Source: an uncultured Bacteroidota bacterium
GTDB taxonomy: Bacteria; Bacteroidota; Bacteroidia; Flavobacteriales; Flavobacteriaceae
NCBI GenBank assembly: GCA_902517895.1
Contig: CABYEA010000002.1
Span: forward strand, 9,685-73,684
Direction: 5' to 3'
Length of the DNA: 64,000 nt
The notes under the pieces: generated by a model
What the model was told of the DNA's origin: nothing
Databases searched by the model: none
What the model saw: only the letters and a program-made list of their open reading frames with translations
Program-made: the position numbers and the translations under genes
In this document: positions 9,965 through 19,441 of the stretch, in pieces
How positions within the stretch are numbered: the first letter of the stretch is position 1
Layout: every line of letters starts with the position of its first letter

Positions 9965-10753
9965 TTATCTTTTAAAGTTATTTTGCCTGTTTACTTCATA
10001 TAATGTAATTGCTGCTGAAACAGAAACATTAAGTGAATCAACTAGCCCTAGCATAGGAATTTTGATCAATTTATCAGATTTATCTAACCAAAATTTTGAT
10101 ATGCCCGAACTTTCAGAACCTAAAACTATGGCTGATGAATTACTGAATTTAATTTTTTCTATACTATTTTTCGAACTTAGAGATGTTGCATAAATTTTAA
10201 ATTTATTACCCTTTAAAAAATCAAGGGTGTCATCTGATTTCATACTTACAATTTTTAGAGAAAATATTGAGCCTAAACTTGATCTTATCAAATTTGGGTT
10301 ATATAAATCACATTTTTCATTATTTAGTATAATCAAATCAACATCAGCTGAATCACAACTTCTTAAAATGGCACCAATATTTCCAGGTTTTTCTATTCCG
10401 TCAAGAACAAGTGCTAAATTAATTTTACTCTTGTCTAATTTAAAATTTTGATCCTTTTGGAATACAATTCCTACTATACCTTCAGTAGAGTTTCTGAAGC
10501 TAATTTTTGAGTAAATATTATTATTTACCTCAATGATTTCGCTGTTATTATCAGATTTAATGGTTTTTGGATCAATTATACTGGGGTTACAATAGATTTT
10601 TTTTATTAGATAACCGTTTGAATATGCCATTTCAAGCTCTCTTTTACCCTCTACAACAAAAGACTTAGATTCTTTTCTTAATCTTGGTTTATTAGCGAGC
10701 TTTATAAGATGTTTTATCTCCTTATTATCTGAACTGGTTATTCTTTTGTTCAT
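9965..10753 (-). CDS. TrmH/SpoU-family RNA 2'-O-methyltransferase
   Basis: 262 aa. SpoU motifs are present: LDGIEKPGNIGAILRS, VLGSESSGIS and IPMLGLVDSLNVSVSAAITLYE. Confidence 0.85.
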   Translation of the reverse strand: MNKRITSSDNKEIKHLIKLANKPRLRKESKSFVVEGKRELEMAYSNGYLIKKIYCNPSIIDPKTIKSDNNSEIIEVNNNIYSKISFRNSTEGIVGIVFQKDQNFKLDKSKINLALVLDGIEKPGNIGAILRSCDSADVDLIILNNEKCDLYNPNLIRSSLGSIFSLKIVSMKSDDTLDFLKGNKFKIYATSLSSKNSIEKIKFSNSSAIVLGSESSGISKFWLDKSDKLIKIPMLGLVDSLNVSVSAAITLYEVNRQNNFKR

Positions 10754-11810
10754 TTATCTGAAATTTATATTTTAAAATTAACGAAATACTTTCATTATAA
10801 TTTTTAATACCTGATTGAATATTATTTTGTTTTAAATACAAGTCATAGCTTTTTTTTGAAACTTCCTCTATTTTTCCCTCATAATTTTTCCAAAATTTGT
10901 TTATTTCTACATAGTCCTTTATAATACCTTTATTTACTCTTTTTAATAAATATTGATATTTATCATTATCTAATTTTGATAGTTCATTTAAACATAATCT
11001 CAATGCATAAGATAGTCCGCAATATTTAAGATATTCATCATCACTACTAATTAACATTAGATACGAAATAAAATTTGCATCTTTCTCACTTGCTATTCCT
11101 AATTGATGAGCTATTTCATGATTAATAACAAATATTAAACTGGTTGAAGGAATTTTATAGTTAATATTTGCTTCATTAGTAAAAGGATTAATATATCCAC
11201 TAAAGCCCATGTAAGTTAGCGGTAAACTAAATAATGACTTTTTCACAGAAACATTTTTATAATCAGATTTGATAATTGGCTTTTTTAATTTTTCTTTAAG
11301 TTTATCAATGTTGTTTTTTGAAATTTCAATGCTTTCTATAAAACTATATTCATTTATCGGCCTAACACTGTCATTTTTAAATAGAAAAATATGTTTCTTA
11401 TTAATTTTATCGATTAAAGTTTCTGTAAAATCTATTAATTCTTTTTTTTCGAAATTACCATTAACATTTAGATGGTCTTTGATCGGAACTCTTTTGTAAT
11501 TTAAACCCCAAAGGACATAAAAAAGAAATATAAAAATAAAGGCTGACGAGCCAAGATTTAAAAGAATATTTTTGCTCTTTTTTATTCTAAAGAATACAAA
11601 ATAAATCAAGCTAAAAATTATAAATAAGTATAACAAATCCCCAATAGGGATACTAATCCATCCAGTTATAAATCTTAATTTTTCAGATATATATAAATAA
11701 AAAAAATCAGAGTAATATTTTTCGACTACTGAATTACCAACTTCAATATTTTTAATAATTAAAAACATTGGAAATAATCCAAGTGTAACAACAACCTTTA
11801 GTTTTTTCAT
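10725..11810 (-). CDS. DUF3810-like membrane protein with HExxH zinc-metallopeptidase motif
   Basis: 361 aa with N-terminal transmembrane segments and VINHEIAHQLGIASEKDANF. It overlaps the trmH-like start by 29 nt. Confidence 0.55.
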   Translation of the reverse strand: MKKLKVVVTLGLFPMFLIIKNIEVGNSVVEKYYSDFFYLYISEKLRFITGWISIPIGDLLYLFIIFSLIYFVFFRIKKSKNILLNLGSSAFIFIFLFYVLWGLNYKRVPIKDHLNVNGNFEKKELIDFTETLIDKINKKHIFLFKNDSVRPINEYSFIESIEISKNNIDKLKEKLKKPIIKSDYKNVSVKKSLFSLPLTYMGFSGYINPFTNEANINYKIPSTSLIFVINHEIAHQLGIASEKDANFISYLMLISSDDEYLKYCGLSYALRLCLNELSKLDNDKYQYLLKRVNKGIIKDYVEINKFWKNYEGKIEEVSKKSYDLYLKQNNIQSGIKNYNESISLILKYKFQINEQKNNQFR

Positions 11811-11850
11811 ATTTAAATATTACAAACGAAATTATAAATTTATTATTCGT

Positions 11851-11858
11851 TAATTTTG
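11851..11858 (+). promoter_or_regulatory. Bacteroidota-type -7 promoter box (TAATTTTG) upstream of pepD
   Basis: Matches TAnnTTTG and ends 17 nt before the ATG at 11876. No clear -33 TTG was seen. Confidence 0.35.
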
Positions 11859-11875
11859 TAAAAATTAGATTAATT

Positions 11876-13339
11876 ATGTTTCAAAAAGTTTCAAATGTAG
11901 AACCGGTAGAGGTGTGGAAAAATTTTGTTTTATTAAACCAAGTTCCTCGCCCATCTAAGAAAGAGGAAAGAGTTATTGAATTTTTAATATCCTTCGCTAA
12001 AAAAAACAATCTAGAATATAAGCAGGATGAAATAGGCAATTTAGTAATTCAAAAAGAAGCAACTTTTGATATGACTGCTTGCGAAACTGTTGTGCTACAA
12101 TCACACGTTGATATGGTTCATGAAAAAAATAATGAAGTTGAATTCGATTTTTTAAATTCAGGGATTAAGATGTATGTTGAGGGAGATTGGGTTAAGGCTA
12201 GAGGCACTACTTTGGGGGCAGATAATGGCTTAGGAGTGGCAGCAATTATGGCTGTTTTGGAAAGTAAAGAAATTTCACATCCAAAAATCGAGGCTTTATT
12301 TACTATTGATGAGGAGACCGGAATGACAGGTGCTTTAAATCTATCTGACTCAATTTTATCTGGAAAAATATTATTAAATCTAGACACTGAGGAGGATGAT
12401 GAAATTTGTATAGGATGTGCTGGAGGTATTGATATAACTATGAATAGAAGTTATATTTTAAATGATTTATCTAGAGATCAAGTATGTGTGCAAATTTCAT
12501 TGAATGGATTAACAGGTGGCCACTCAGGTGCAGAAATACATAAAGGTTTAGGTAATTCAAATAAAATTCTATTCGAAATATTAAATGAAACAAATAAACA
12601 CTTTAAAATTAGTATATGTTCAATAAATGGAGGTGGTCTTAGAAATGCTATTCCTAGGGAAAGCAGCGTAGTAATCTCATTTCTAAAAGATAATATTAAT
12701 TTATTTGAGCAAATAATTAAAAAAAATTTACAAAAATATACAACAAAATTTCATTTTACTGATCCTAATTTAAATCTAGAATTTCAAATATTAAATGACA
12801 AAATTAAACAACTTAACAATAAAGAGACTGTTGAATTAATTGATGCAATCAACAATTGTCCAAATGGAGTTTTTGAAATGAGTAAAAGTATAGATGGGCT
12901 AGTTGAAACTTCAAATAACTTGGCTAATATAAAATTGATTGAAGGAGAATTAAAAATTATGTGTTTAACTAGATCTTCTTCAGAAGATTCAAAAGCCCAG
13001 CTATCAAACCTTATTTCTAAAATTTTTGAAGATATTTCATGTGATTGTACATTTTCTGGAGGATACCCTGGCTGGGAGCCAAACATAAATTCTAATACTT
13101 TAAAAGAAGTCAAGAATTCGTACATCAAGCTGTTCTCAACTGAGCCGAAAGTAAATGTTATTCATGCCGGTTTAGAGTGTGGTATTATCGGTTCTCATTA
13201 TCCAGAGATGGATATGATCAGTTTTGGGCCTACAATATTAGGGGCACATTCCCCTGATGAGAAGGCATCTATATCTTCAACTCAGAAATTTTGGAGGTTT
13301 TTTAACGAAGTTCTTTCTAATATTCCTCAAAAAAGTTAG
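11876..13339 (+). CDS. pepD: aminoacyl-histidine (Xaa-His) dipeptidase, M20 family
   Basis: 487 aa. The sequence contains VWKNF..LNQVPRPSKKEE, LQSHVDMV, GADNGLGVA and FTIDEETGMTGA motifs. Confidence 0.9.
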   Translation: MFQKVSNVEPVEVWKNFVLLNQVPRPSKKEERVIEFLISFAKKNNLEYKQDEIGNLVIQKEATFDMTACETVVLQSHVDMVHEKNNEVEFDFLNSGIKMYVEGDWVKARGTTLGADNGLGVAAIMAVLESKEISHPKIEALFTIDEETGMTGALNLSDSILSGKILLNLDTEEDDEICIGCAGGIDITMNRSYILNDLSRDQVCVQISLNGLTGGHSGAEIHKGLGNSNKILFEILNETNKHFKISICSINGGGLRNAIPRESSVVISFLKDNINLFEQIIKKNLQKYTTKFHFTDPNLNLEFQILNDKIKQLNNKETVELIDAINNCPNGVFEMSKSIDGLVETSNNLANIKLIEGELKIMCLTRSSSEDSKAQLSNLISKIFEDISCDCTFSGGYPGWEPNINSNTLKEVKNSYIKLFSTEPKVNVIHAGLECGIIGSHYPEMDMISFGPTILGAHSPDEKASISSTQKFWRFFNEVLSNIPQKS

Positions 13340-14473
13340 TTAATTGGAAATATCTATGAGTTCAATTATAAATTCTAAGTCTGAATTTGCTGGTATTCTA
13401 TCACCCATGGCTCTATCTTTATAGCCTAATTCTGAAGGAATAAATGCATACACTTTATCTCCAACATTCATCATCATTATCACCTCATTAAATCCTTCAA
13501 TCAGCTGCATATTTTCTGAATAAGTAATTTTTGATGGCTCATACCATCCCTTATTTTCTTCATCTTCAGAATACATGTCATAATTAATCATTATTTCTTT
13601 TCTATTTGTTCCAAACAGTGCTCCATTTAATGCTATATATCCCTCATAATAGAAAAAAATCTGATCTCCTTCAACCGGTTTAATACCATCACCATTATTG
13701 ATGAAATGAACTTCAACTCCAGAAATTAATTTTTTTGCTTTATTTCTATATCTACTATTTTTTTCTTTTTCAATTTTGGCAAGGGATTCCATTTTTTCAA
13801 TTTTTGCTCTCTTCTTTTCCTCTTGCATTGAAAAAAGTTTAGGTTCCATTTCATTCCAGGTAATAACAGCATCAAATTTTTTAGCTTTTTTGCCAACTCT
13901 AATTATATTTACTTCATTAATAACTACATCATTCACGGGTCTATTAGCTAGAGCTGTTTCAACATTTGAAATAGCATCCTGAATCTCGATACCTTTTACA
14001 ACGTGTCCGAAGACAGTGTGTTTACCATCTAGATGAGGGGTTGGTACTTCTGTAATAAAAAATTGACTTCCATTAGATCCAGGACCAGAATTTGCCATCG
14101 AAAGTACTCCTGGCTTATCGTGTCTCAAGTTTGAATCAATTTCATCCAAAAATCTGTAGCCTGGACCACCTGTACCATCACCTTTAGGGTCTCCACTTTG
14201 AATCATAAACTTGTCAATAATTCTATGAAAAACTATTCCATTATAAAACTTTTTACCCTTAAAATCATTATCAACTTTTGGATGATTTCCCTCTGCAAGT
14301 GCTACAAAATTTGCCACTGTCACTGGGGTTTTTTCATAAGTTAATTTTATTAGCATTGTGCCCATACTGGTCTTAAATTCAGCATAAAGTCCATCCTCCA
14401 GATCTATATTTTTATTGTCGCATGCAAATATAATTGAGCATGCCAGAAAAAATGTTATAAACTTTGTTTTCAT
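13340..14473 (-). CDS. dual-domain peptidyl-prolyl isomerase lipoprotein (cyclophilin + FKBP)
   Basis: Lipoprotein signal MKTKFITFFLACSIIFAC. Cyclophilin motifs are FHRIIDKFMIQSGDP and GSQFFIT...HLDGKHTVFG. The C-terminal FKBP-like segment is LIEGFNEVIMMMNVGDKVYAFIPSELGYKDRAMGDRIPANSDLEFIIELIDI. Confidence 0.85.
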   Translation of the reverse strand: MKTKFITFFLACSIIFACDNKNIDLEDGLYAEFKTSMGTMLIKLTYEKTPVTVANFVALAEGNHPKVDNDFKGKKFYNGIVFHRIIDKFMIQSGDPKGDGTGGPGYRFLDEIDSNLRHDKPGVLSMANSGPGSNGSQFFITEVPTPHLDGKHTVFGHVVKGIEIQDAISNVETALANRPVNDVVINEVNIIRVGKKAKKFDAVITWNEMEPKLFSMQEEKKRAKIEKMESLAKIEKEKNSRYRNKAKKLISGVEVHFINNGDGIKPVEGDQIFFYYEGYIALNGALFGTNRKEIMINYDMYSEDEENKGWYEPSKITYSENMQLIEGFNEVIMMMNVGDKVYAFIPSELGYKDRAMGDRIPANSDLEFIIELIDISN

Positions 14474-14478
14474 AAATG

Positions 14479-15495
14479 TTAGATTAATAATTTTTTATAA
14501 TTTTTTAATGAATCCAAGAAGTAATTTATCGTATCATCAAGTGATTTTTTACTTATTGCACCCGCTGCATTTTTGTGGCCTCCACCACCAAAGGTTTTTT
14601 TAGAAAATTGATTAACATCAAATTCCCCCCTTGATCTTAATGAAATCCTAACAACATTATCATTAGAATTTTGCATAAAAATAACAGCAAACTTAATATT
14701 TTTTATTGACAGGCCGTAATTAACAATTCCTTCAGTATCACCTTTTTCATAATTAAACTTATTTAGTTCTTTTTGAGATAGTGAAATATAGCAGGTGTTA
14801 AAATTTTCAATAATTTTTATTTTTCCTAACGCAAAGCTTAATAATTGTACTCTTTCAAACTTATTACTATCATATATCTGATCATGAATATCAGAATGAG
14901 AAATCCCTGTTTTTAATAAATTAGAAATTACCTGATGGGTTAATTCTGTGGTAGAGGGAAATTTAAAGGAGCCTGTATCAGTCATGATTCCTGCGTATAA
15001 TGATCTGGAAATATTTTTGTCAATTTTATCAGAATCTCCCATTTTATCAATAAAATGATATATCATCTCACAGGTAGAGCTCATATTTGGTTCCGAATAC
15101 ATAAAATCGGCATAATCAGATGGTTCTTCATGATGATCAATCATTATAATCTTTGCATTTGACTTTTCTACATAACCTTTCATAAAAGCAATTCTAACTA
15201 AATTGTTAAAATCTAGAGTAAAAATCAATTCAGCATCGATAATTTTTTGTGCGTATTTTTCATCTTCATCAAATATCTTTATTATATCACATGGATCCAT
15301 CCATTTAAGAAATTCTGGGAATTGATTAGGACTGATAATATCAACTTTATGATTAAAATTATCTAAATAGTATTTTAAAGCCGTACTAGAACCAATTGCA
15401 TCCCCATCCGGGTTTTTGTGTGGGATAATTACAATTTTTCTTTTTTTAGAAAGAAATCTTTTGATTTTATCTATTTCTGGTCCATTCATATTCAA
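14479..15495 (-). CDS. DHH/DHHA1 phosphoesterase (NrnA-like oligoribonuclease/pAp phosphatase)
   Basis: 338 aa. Motifs seen: HKNPDGDAIGS, IMIDHH, GIMTDTGSF and GGGGHKNAAG. Confidence 0.85.
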   Translation of the reverse strand: MNMNGPEIDKIKRFLSKKRKIVIIPHKNPDGDAIGSSTALKYYLDNFNHKVDIISPNQFPEFLKWMDPCDIIKIFDEDEKYAQKIIDAELIFTLDFNNLVRIAFMKGYVEKSNAKIIMIDHHEEPSDYADFMYSEPNMSSTCEMIYHFIDKMGDSDKIDKNISRSLYAGIMTDTGSFKFPSTTELTHQVISNLLKTGISHSDIHDQIYDSNKFERVQLLSFALGKIKIIENFNTCYISLSQKELNKFNYEKGDTEGIVNYGLSIKNIKFAVIFMQNSNDNVVRISLRSRGEFDVNQFSKKTFGGGGHKNAAGAISKKSLDDTINYFLDSLKNYKKLLI

Positions 15496-15542
15496 CGAAG
15501 ATAATCATTAAAAGTAAAACCTAATAAATTAATAAAAAGTGT

Positions 15543-15550
15543 TATTTTTG
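15543..15550 (+). promoter_or_regulatory. -7 promoter box (TATTTTTG) upstream of ndk
   Basis: Matches TAnnTTTG and ends 20 nt before the ATG at 15571. Confidence 0.35.
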
Positions 15551-15570
15551 CAAACTAAAATATCAAATTA

Positions 15571-15987
15571 ATGAGCAATATTACTTTTACAATGCTAAAG
15601 CCGGATTCTGTCAGTAATGGAAATATGGGTGCTATTTTAGATAAAATAGTCAAATCTGGGTTTAAGATTAAGGCAATGAAATTGACAAAAATGACCTACG
15701 AAAAGGCCAGTAAATTTTATGCTATTCATAATGAACGACCTTTTTTTAAAGATTTAGTTATTTATATGACAAGTGGACCTATAGTTGCTGCTATTTTAGA
15801 AAAGGATAATGCCGTTAATGATTTCAGAGAGTTAATAGGTTCAACAAATCCAGAGGAGGCTAGAGAGGGAACAATAAGAAATATGTTCGCTAAGTCAATT
15901 AGTGAAAACGCTATTCACGGAAGTGATAGTGACGAAAATGCTAAAATTGAATGTGAATTTCATTTTTCCCAAGATGAAATTTTTTAA
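15571..15987 (+). CDS. ndk: nucleoside diphosphate kinase
   Basis: 138 aa. The sequence contains [14 protein letters not shown]...M.SGP and NAIHGSDS (the catalytic His region). Confidence 0.95.
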   Translation: MSNITFTMLKPDSVSNGNMGAILDKIVKSGFKIKAMKLTKMTYEKASKFYAIHNERPFFKDLVIYMTSGPIVAAILEKDNAVNDFRELIGSTNPEEAREGTIRNMFAKSISENAIHGSDSDENAKIECEFHFSQDEIF

Positions 15988-16265
15988 TTGAGTACAATTT
16001 TTTGAATAATAGTTTTTTTAAATCTTTCATTAACTAACTTAATCAGTTTTTCTTTTCCATAACTAAGTTCCTCTTTAAGAGCTGGAGAGCTGAGCTTAAT
16101 GAAAAGAGTTTTATTTTTTAAGCTCACATCTGTGGTATAATTGCTAACACCGTTTTCCATTAGTTCATGCCAAACTTTTTTTACCTCTAAATCAAGTAAA
16201 CCCTTTTCAAGCTTATTTTTTTTAAGGAATATATTAATTAGATTTTTTATTTCGTTATTATTCAT
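15984..16265 (-). CDS. DUF721 (DciA-like) protein
   Basis: The usual position is downstream of recF. The likely start is the internal ATG at 16265 (MNNNEIKNL...), not the 16319 given in the track, which would overlap the upstream lipoprotein gene by 62 nt. Confidence 0.55.
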   Translation of the reverse strand: MNNNEIKNLINIFLKKNKLEKGLLDLEVKKVWHELMENGVSNYTTDVSLKNKTLFIKLSSPALKEELSYGKEKLIKLVNERFKKTIIQKIVLN

Positions 16266-16683
16266 ATAGAAAATTGTTAGGTAAAAATCTTTTATACTCG
16301 TAAAGAAATCCATCCACATTTTTTAATATCATTTTAGTTGAGTCAAGTTTAACAAGTGATTCAACAAAATTTTTTCCTTTTCCGTACACTAAATATATGT
16401 TGTTTTTTTTCGATTGAATCTTAAATTCAATTTCATGCATGGTGATATTGAAGCTACCATCAATATTTGGTTTAACTTTTTTTCTAAAGCCATTATTTTT
16501 TTCGTCTAAGATAAAGTAATCTATTTTACCGCTAAACGGATAATTTTTAACCTCTTTACCCTCAATTGAAACAGAACTAATCTCCCAATAGCCGTTTAAA
16601 TATTCCAGATTTTTTCCTTCCTTACATGAGTAAAACAATAATCCACAAAGGAAAATTATTATAAAATTGATCTTCTTCATCAA
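16258..16683 (-). CDS. small lipoprotein, function unknown
   Basis: 141 aa with the lipobox MMKKINFIIIFLCGLLFYSC. It overlaps recF by 4 nt and the DUF721 gene by 8 nt. Confidence 0.5.
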   Translation of the reverse strand: MMKKINFIIIFLCGLLFYSCKEGKNLEYLNGYWEISSVSIEGKEVKNYPFSGKIDYFILDEKNNGFRKKVKPNIDGSFNITMHEIEFKIQSKKNNIYLVYGKGKNFVESLVKLDSTKMILKNVDGFLYEYKRFLPNNFLYE

Positions 16684-17759
16684 ATTTCAAATATTTTATA
16701 AGATTTATTTGCTTTCTTGATTATATTTTCAGATCTAATTTTGTTAGTATCAGAAATGAAAATTTGATTGAACTTTTCTTCATTTACCAAGTTTATGATT
16801 TGTTTTACTCTGTTGTCATCTAGTTTATCAAAAATATCGTCTAATAATAATATTGGATTTGAATTAAGTTTGGACAAGTAATCAAACTGAGCAAGTTTTA
16901 GCGCAATTAAAAATGTTTTCTGCTGGCCTTGACTACCATATTTCTTGACAGAAAAGCTATTTATAATAAATGTAAGATCGTCTTTATGAATACCCTTTGT
17001 TGTAAACTGAAATCTTAAATCTTTTTCAAGACTATTTTTAAGTAATTTATAAAGACTTTGGTTTTCAGAAATATCAGTTTTATGAATAATTTCTACATTT
17101 TCCTTATCATCGCTTAGTTGCTTGTATCTTGTTTTAAAAATTGGAATGAAATCTGAAAGAAACTCTGTTCTTCTTTCACATATCTTTCTAGCATTTGACG
17201 ATAAGTGATTGTCGTAAATATCTATGGTTTTCTTAATATTTTCAGAGTCGCTATAAAACATCTTTAGTAATGCATTTCTTTGTTTAAGAGTTTTATTATA
17301 ATCTATTAATGTATTCAAATATTCCTTATTTGTGTGACAAATTATCCCATCAATAAATTTTCTCCTAATTTCACTTCCTTCAATAATTAAATTTCTATCG
17401 TCAGGAGAAATAATTACAAGTGGAATAGCCCCAATATGATCACTAAATTTTTTGTAAAGCTTATTATTTCTTTTCATTATTTTTTTCTCTCCTTTTTTTA
17501 AGGAAACCAAAATTTTTTCTTTCTTATTTTCTGTTCGATAGGTGCCAGAAATAAAAAAAAATGTTTCTCCGTGTTTTATATTTTGAGATGGGATAGGATT
17601 AAAATAGCTTTTGGTATATGAAAGATGGTAAATTGAATCTAAAATATTTGTCTTTCCAACTCCATTTAAACCTACAAAACAAACAATTTTTGTATCAAAA
17701 TTAAACTTGATACTTTCAAAATTTTTATAGTTAGTTAACGATAACTCTTCAAGAAACAT
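16680..17759 (-). CDS. recF: DNA replication and repair protein RecF
   Basis: 359 aa. It has the Walker A motif GLNGVGKTNILD, the signature YGSQGQQKT and the Walker B motif ILLLDDIFDKLD. Confidence 0.93.
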   Translation of the reverse strand: MFLEELSLTNYKNFESIKFNFDTKIVCFVGLNGVGKTNILDSIYHLSYTKSYFNPIPSQNIKHGETFFFISGTYRTENKKEKILVSLKKGEKKIMKRNNKLYKKFSDHIGAIPLVIISPDDRNLIIEGSEIRRKFIDGIICHTNKEYLNTLIDYNKTLKQRNALLKMFYSDSENIKKTIDIYDNHLSSNARKICERRTEFLSDFIPIFKTRYKQLSDDKENVEIIHKTDISENQSLYKLLKNSLEKDLRFQFTTKGIHKDDLTFIINSFSVKKYGSQGQQKTFLIALKLAQFDYLSKLNSNPILLLDDIFDKLDDNRVKQIINLVNEEKFNQIFISDTNKIRSENIIKKANKSYKIFEI

Positions 17760-17805
17760 AAAGATTTAATAATAAATGATAAAATGATCGGTATTCCACT
17801 TAATC

Positions 17806-17813
17806 CAAAAATA
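17806..17813 (-). promoter_or_regulatory. -7 promoter box (TATTTTTG on the minus strand) upstream of recF
   Basis: The plus strand reads CAAAAATA. The box lies 46 nt upstream of the recF ATG at 17759. Confidence 0.3.
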
Positions 17814-17874
17814 ACAAATAAATTTTCCATTTTTTAATAATAAAAATTTTATTTTTACTCCCAAATATTATATT

Positions 17875-18636
17875 ATGGCCACATATAAAAAGAGGGGTTT
17901 TAAAAATAAATTATCATCTAGAAAGGCTGAGGCCCTAGAAAAAAAGTCAACAACTGCTAATGTTTTTAACACTTTAGATGAAGGTTCATCGCAAACTCAA
18001 CAATGGATAGAAAGGAATCAGAATAAAATTCTTGGACTAGTTGTCATAATATCAATTGTTGTTATTAGTGTTTTTGCTTATTCAAAACTTATAAAAGAAC
18101 CTACAGAAAACGATGCTTTTAATAAAATGTATTTTGCTCAGAAGAAATTTGATGAGGCTGTTTTAATTAATAATGATTCAGTATACAACATTGCGTTAAA
18201 TGGGGACGTTTTAAATATGGGTATGCTGCAAATAATTGATGAATTTAGCGGAACTGATGCAGCAAACCTAGCTCACTATTACTCTGGAATGATGTATTTA
18301 AAGATGAATGATTACCCAAACTCAATCAAATATTTATCTGGGTTTGTTTCTGATGACATTCTTTTGGGCTCTTTAGCAACTGGTTCAATCGGTGATGCAT
18401 TTGCAGAATTAAATCAGTTTGATGATGCTTTTGATTATTATGTAAGAGCATCAAAAAGTAATAATAATTATTCTTCTCCTATTTACCTCTTTAAAGCTGG
18501 ACTTATTGCGATGAGATTAAATAAATTTAACAAAGCTGAAGAATATTTTTCCATTATTAAGCAAGATTATCCAAACAGTACTGAAGCTAAAAATATCGAT
18601 GCTTTTATTTCTAAAGCTGTTGCATCTTATCAATAA
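17875..18636 (+). CDS. membrane-anchored TPR-like protein (YfgM-like)
   Basis: 253 aa with one transmembrane segment (ILGLVVIISIVVISVFAY) followed by TPR-like helices (YYSGMMYLKMNDYPNSIKYL, FDDAFDYYVRA). Confidence 0.6.
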   Translation: MATYKKRGFKNKLSSRKAEALEKKSTTANVFNTLDEGSSQTQQWIERNQNKILGLVVIISIVVISVFAYSKLIKEPTENDAFNKMYFAQKKFDEAVLINNDSVYNIALNGDVLNMGMLQIIDEFSGTDAANLAHYYSGMMYLKMNDYPNSIKYLSGFVSDDILLGSLATGSIGDAFAELNQFDDAFDYYVRASKSNNNYSSPIYLFKAGLIAMRLNKFNKAEEYFSIIKQDYPNSTEAKNIDAFISKAVASYQ

Positions 18637-19113
18637 ATGAATTCCAAAGAACAAGATATTACAAAAGTTGACATAAAAAATTACCCAAATTTGGTGAATT
18701 TAAAAATTGGTTTAGTTGTTTCTGAGTGGAATATTGACATTACCACAAATTTACTTAAAGGTGCTAAGGATAAATTAATTGAATTAGGAGTTAATAAAAA
18801 AAATATTATCATCTCTTGGGTTCCAGGCAGTTTTGAACTTGCATATGGATCCAAAGAGTTGTCAAAAAAAAATCTTGATGCAGTTATCGCTATAGGATGT
18901 GTTATCAAGGGTGAAACTGACCACTACGATTTTATCTGTAATTCTGTTTCTAATGGCCTAATGCAACTAAATATTTCAGGTTCAACTCCTATAATTTTTT
19001 GTGTTTTAACTGATCATAAAAAATCACAATCCATTGCCAGGTCTGGTGGAGAACATGGAAATAAAGGTGCTGAAGCAGCTATTGCAGCAATAAAAATGGC
19101 ATCCATTAAGTAA
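18637..19113 (+). CDS. ribH: 6,7-dimethyl-8-ribityllumazine synthase
   Basis: 158 aa. The sequence contains VVSEWN..IT..L, WVPGSFELA, GCVIKGETDHYDFI and GNKGAEAA. Confidence 0.93.
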   Translation: MNSKEQDITKVDIKNYPNLVNLKIGLVVSEWNIDITTNLLKGAKDKLIELGVNKKNIIISWVPGSFELAYGSKELSKKNLDAVIAIGCVIKGETDHYDFICNSVSNGLMQLNISGSTPIIFCVLTDHKKSQSIARSGGEHGNKGAEAAIAAIKMASIK

Positions 19114-19153
19114 GATATTTTACTATATTGAGCTAAATTCATAATTTTATAAA

Positions 19154-19429
19154 GTGGGTCTTTTTAAATTGAAAAAAAATAAACGTTATAGCTATTCAGG
19201 AAGATTTTCTGAAGACACTTCATATATTGGTAAACATTCTGTTCCGAAGAAAATTAAATCAAAATTTGATGAATTTAGGACAACAGTTGGAGATGATAAT
19301 AGCTTTAGGAAAAAATTTAGAAATGCTGTTGAGGACTATAAGAGAGGGTCCGAAAAGCCGGTAAGAACTCGACTAATCATTATAACTTTAATTTTATTCT
19401 CTTTAATACTCGTATTTTTTTTGATTTAA
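19154..19429 (+). CDS. small basic tail-anchored membrane protein (hypothetical, GTG start)
   Basis: 91 aa with no internal Met, a lysine/arginine-rich body and a C-terminal transmembrane segment LIIITLILFSLILVFFLI. It fills the ribH-mutL gap exactly. Confidence 0.35.
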   Translation: MGLFKLKKNKRYSYSGRFSEDTSYIGKHSVPKKIKSKFDEFRTTVGDDNSFRKKFRNAVEDYKRGSEKPVRTRLIIITLILFSLILVFFLI

Positions 19430-19441
19430 TAATGTTAGTGA

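Noticed and set aside
11825-11851. The inverted repeat AACGAA-N15-TTCGTT lies in the divergent DUF3810/pepD spacer.
   Set aside because: The arms are only 6 bp with a long spacer, which is compatible with chance. No regulator is encoded nearby to pair it with.
12784-13128. A 114-aa antisense ORF lies inside pepD. Similar long shadow ORFs occur at 35395..35712 (inside marR), 44783..45148 (inside the phospho-sugar mutase gene), 53320..53661 and 54841..55152 (inside carB), and 63326..63586 (inside priA).
   Set aside because: All lie antisense to strongly supported genes and have no recognisable motifs. Such ORFs are expected because stop codons are depleted on the antisense frame of coding DNA.
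17729-17830. A 33-codon hydrophobic ORF (MENLFVIFGLSGIPIILSFIIKSLCFLKSYR) lies upstream of and overlapping the recF start.
   Set aside because: The hydrophobicity is what T-rich DNA gives by chance. Its ATG lies upstream of the best recF -7 box (17806-17813), so it would not be on that transcript. I have no conservation evidence available.
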